Source of the DNA: Raja brachyura
Lineage: Eukaryota
Assembly: GCA_963514005.1 (NCBI GenBank)
Contig: OY740786.1
Location: forward strand, 68,014,001-68,078,000
DNA: 64,000 bases
Direction of reading: 5' to 3'
This document shows, piece after piece, positions 61,233-64,000 of the stretch. The notes below the pieces were generated by a model. It did not search any database and was not told the origin of the DNA. It saw nothing but the letters and a program-made list of their open reading frames with translations. The position numbers and the translations under genes are program-made. How positions within the stretch are numbered: the stretch's first letter is position 1; each line of letters starts with the position of its first letter.

Positions 61233-62884
61233 CAGTGAAGCGGCGACAACACCCGGAGTGAGCGGAGACTTGGCAAGGTCCAGGGAGCATTTCCCTCTCT
61301 CTCCCCCTCCCCTGGAATGCGGGCCGGCCCAGGTGCTCTGTGTCCAGATGGGGTCCGGGGGAGGAAAGGGACAGTGACCCAGGGGTCGGGCATCGGAGTG
61401 GAGCTATAGCCAGAGATTCATCCCCGTGGCTCCGGAGACGGCACCAACGCCCCCACTCACCCGGTTCGCTCCTGGCAACTCCATGCGGTGTAGACAGAGC
61501 GGCCGCCGGACACAGAGCCGCCGCAGGAGGTGCCTCGGGGAGGGGGGGGGAGTCGGGGCTGGGACCACCGCCGCGTCTCACCTCTCACAGCATCTGCACG
61601 GGAATGTGAATACGGGTGAGGCAGCATCTATAGAGCGGTAGACAAAATTTCTGGAGAAATGCTTGAGTCTGAAGAAGGGTCAAACTCAGACATACATGCT
61701 GCCTCACCCACTGAGTTTCTCCAGCATTTTTGTCTACATTGCCATTTTAAATAGTGTGTGATGGGCTTAAGCTAATTAAATTGCTCGTTTTTACGGCGAA
61801 CCCGCCGACAAAAAAAGTGAAGTGTGACTTTATTTATTTATTCATATGTTTAAAAAAAAAATGAGCGTGAGAACTTGCCATCAGCGTGAGAATTTCCTCA
61901 AATGCGTTAGTCTCACACTTAAAGCGTGATAGTTGGCAGCCCTGCATACTCCCTATAACCACCAAAGCTCTGCATATGTTTACATCTCTAAAATTAGGTA
62001 ACCCCTCATCTTTCTTATAAAAAAACAATATGTCCAGTCTATTCACTCTTTCTTGATAACTTTACATTTCTATAATCATTGTACTAAATGTCATCTGCAC
62101 TCTAAAAAATTTATATATAATAGTGACCAGAGCTGAATATACGACAAAACCCACTTGTTTTTACTGTAACCTCTACTTTTTAAAATTCAGAATCAATGGA
62201 AAGGCAACAAAATGCATTGCTGACTCTCGCTTTGCTGCAGAGAATAGAATAAGGAAAGCTGTTTGCAGTGGAAGATGGGTAATAGTGTTCCACAATGCTA
62301 CAGTCATTGCTAACCAAATTTACATTTATGATCAAGACTCTGGAATCAAAAAAACATTTTCTAAATTCATAGACAATACAAAATTGGAAAAAATTATTTA
62401 TAGGAGCATATAAATTTGCAAGGGGGGCAAATAGCAGATATGAAATCCAACTGATGAATCTTAGCAAGTATACAGAAAGAAGTAATAGGGAGATTACCAA
62501 TCACCAGAAGTTTCAAGACGGATTAACAATGCCACTAAACTGGCATAAACCAAGCACTACGGTTTAATTCAAGGAGAAAACAGGATTGAAAAGTAGGGAA
62601 TCTTACAGGCACTAGAGATATATAAGGATACTAGAGGTGCTGTTATTTACCAGAATGGCAGAAATTAGAGGATACACATATTAAACAAAAATGAATAGAT
62701 TGGGTATCTTTGGAAATGGGAAGCAGACAAGCAATCTTAAAAAGATCTTTAAAACAATGCTGTGTTCTGATGCCGTGTATGTAAGGCTACAGGATAACTA
62801 GAAGCCATCAATACAAGACAAACATCAGAAGTCCCAAAGGAACTTCAGAAGAAAGTACCCAGAGAGTGCTGAGAATATGGAACT

Positions 62885-63862
62885 GCCGCCCTCTGTGGCA
62901 GGGAATTCCACAAATTCACAACTCTCTCACCTCAGTCTTAAATGGCCTCCCCTTTATTCTAAGAATGTAGCCCCTGATTCTGGACTCGCCCAACATTGGG
63001 AACATTTTTCCTGTATCTAGCTTGTCCAGCCCTTTTATAATTTTATATGTTTCCATAAGATCCCCCCTCATCGTTCTAAACTCCAGTGAATACAAGCCCA
63101 GTCTTTTCAATCTTTCCTCATATGACAGTCCCGCCATCCCAGGGATCAATCTCGTGACCCTACTGCCTCAATCACAAGGATATCCTTCCTCAAATTAGGA
63201 GACCAAAACTGTACACAATACTCCAGATGTGGTCTCACCAGAGCCCTATACAATTGCAGAAGAACCTCTTTACTCCTATACTGAAATCCTCTTGTTATGA
63301 AGGCCAACATTCCATTAGCTTTCTTCACTGCCTGCTGTACCTGTAAGCCAACTTTCTATGACAGGTGTACAAGGACGCCCAGGTCTCGCTGCACCTCCCC
63401 TTACCTAACCTAACCCCATTGAGATAAGAATCTGCCCCCTTGTTTTAGCCGCCAAAGTGGATAACCTCACATTTATCTATATTATTCTGCATCTGCCATG
63501 CATCTGCCCACTCACTCAACCTGTCCAGGTCACCCTGCAACCTCCTAACATCCTCTTCACAGTTCACACTGCCACCCAGCTTTGTATCATCCGCAAACCC
63601 GTGCTAGTGTTGCTCCTAATTCCCTCTTCCAAATCATTAATATATATGGTAAACAGTTGCGGCCCCAACACCGAGCCTTGCGGCACTCCACTCGCCACTG
63701 CCTGCCATTCTGAAAAGGACCTGTTCACTCCTACTCTTTGCTTCTACTCTGCCAACCAATTTTCTATCCATGTCAACACCCTACCCCAAATACCATGTGC
63801 TCTGATTTTAGTCACCAGTCTCCCGTGCGGGGCCTTATCAAAGGCTTTCTGAAAGTCTAGAT
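62885..63862 (-). mobile_element. CR1 LINE fragment
   Basis: ORFs 63146..63328 and 62916..63149 are typical of the CR1 RT C-terminus. Confidence 0.92.
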
Positions 63863-64000
63863 AATGTTTAAAATTAAGACACTAAGCTCGTCAACAGTTA
63901 TGTGGGTCCTGTTAAAAAGATCTGTAATATTAAAAATGATTAGAAAATGCATTGAGGTTTTGGTTAGACATCTGGAAAGGCAGGTCACAAGGAAGAGAAG

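Larger units (their letters stand above)
58166..61944. mobile_element. hAT-like element with 6-bp TSD, containing nested CR1 and SINEs
   Basis: Perfect 13-bp TIR CAGGGCTGCCAAC; CATACT duplicated at 58160-58165 and 61945-61950; subterminal GTGAGA repeats at both ends. Confidence 0.82.

Overview
Vertebrate genomic DNA, probably from a cartilaginous fish such as a skate or ray; this is inferred from the repeat content (many CR1 LINEs, HE1/V-SINE-like SINEs, Penelope-like elements). The + strand carries a complete NPAT gene: 18 coding exons from 1360 to 49492, assembled by hand with consistent splice phases into 4575 nt (1524 aa), with one GC-AG intron. The - strand carries the last five coding exons of ACAT1 (mitochondrial thiolase, 50744-57435), tail-to-tail with NPAT and only about 1.25 kb between the stop codons. 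The NPAT start lies in a CpG island with ZNF143/SBS and YY1 motifs typical of bidirectional promoters; in other vertebrates ATM lies head-to-head with NPAT, but no ATM coding sequence is in this window. The introns are densely nested with mobile elements: CR1, Rex1/Babar, Penelope-like elements with hammerhead-ribozyme-like terminal repeats, hAT-like elements with 8-, 5- and 6-bp target duplications, an Academ-like element carrying a strong CTCF motif, a Helitron-like element and a Harbinger-like MITE. Several template-switch palindromes are also present. No wholly new protein-coding system was found; the notable features are RNA-level and transposon-level.
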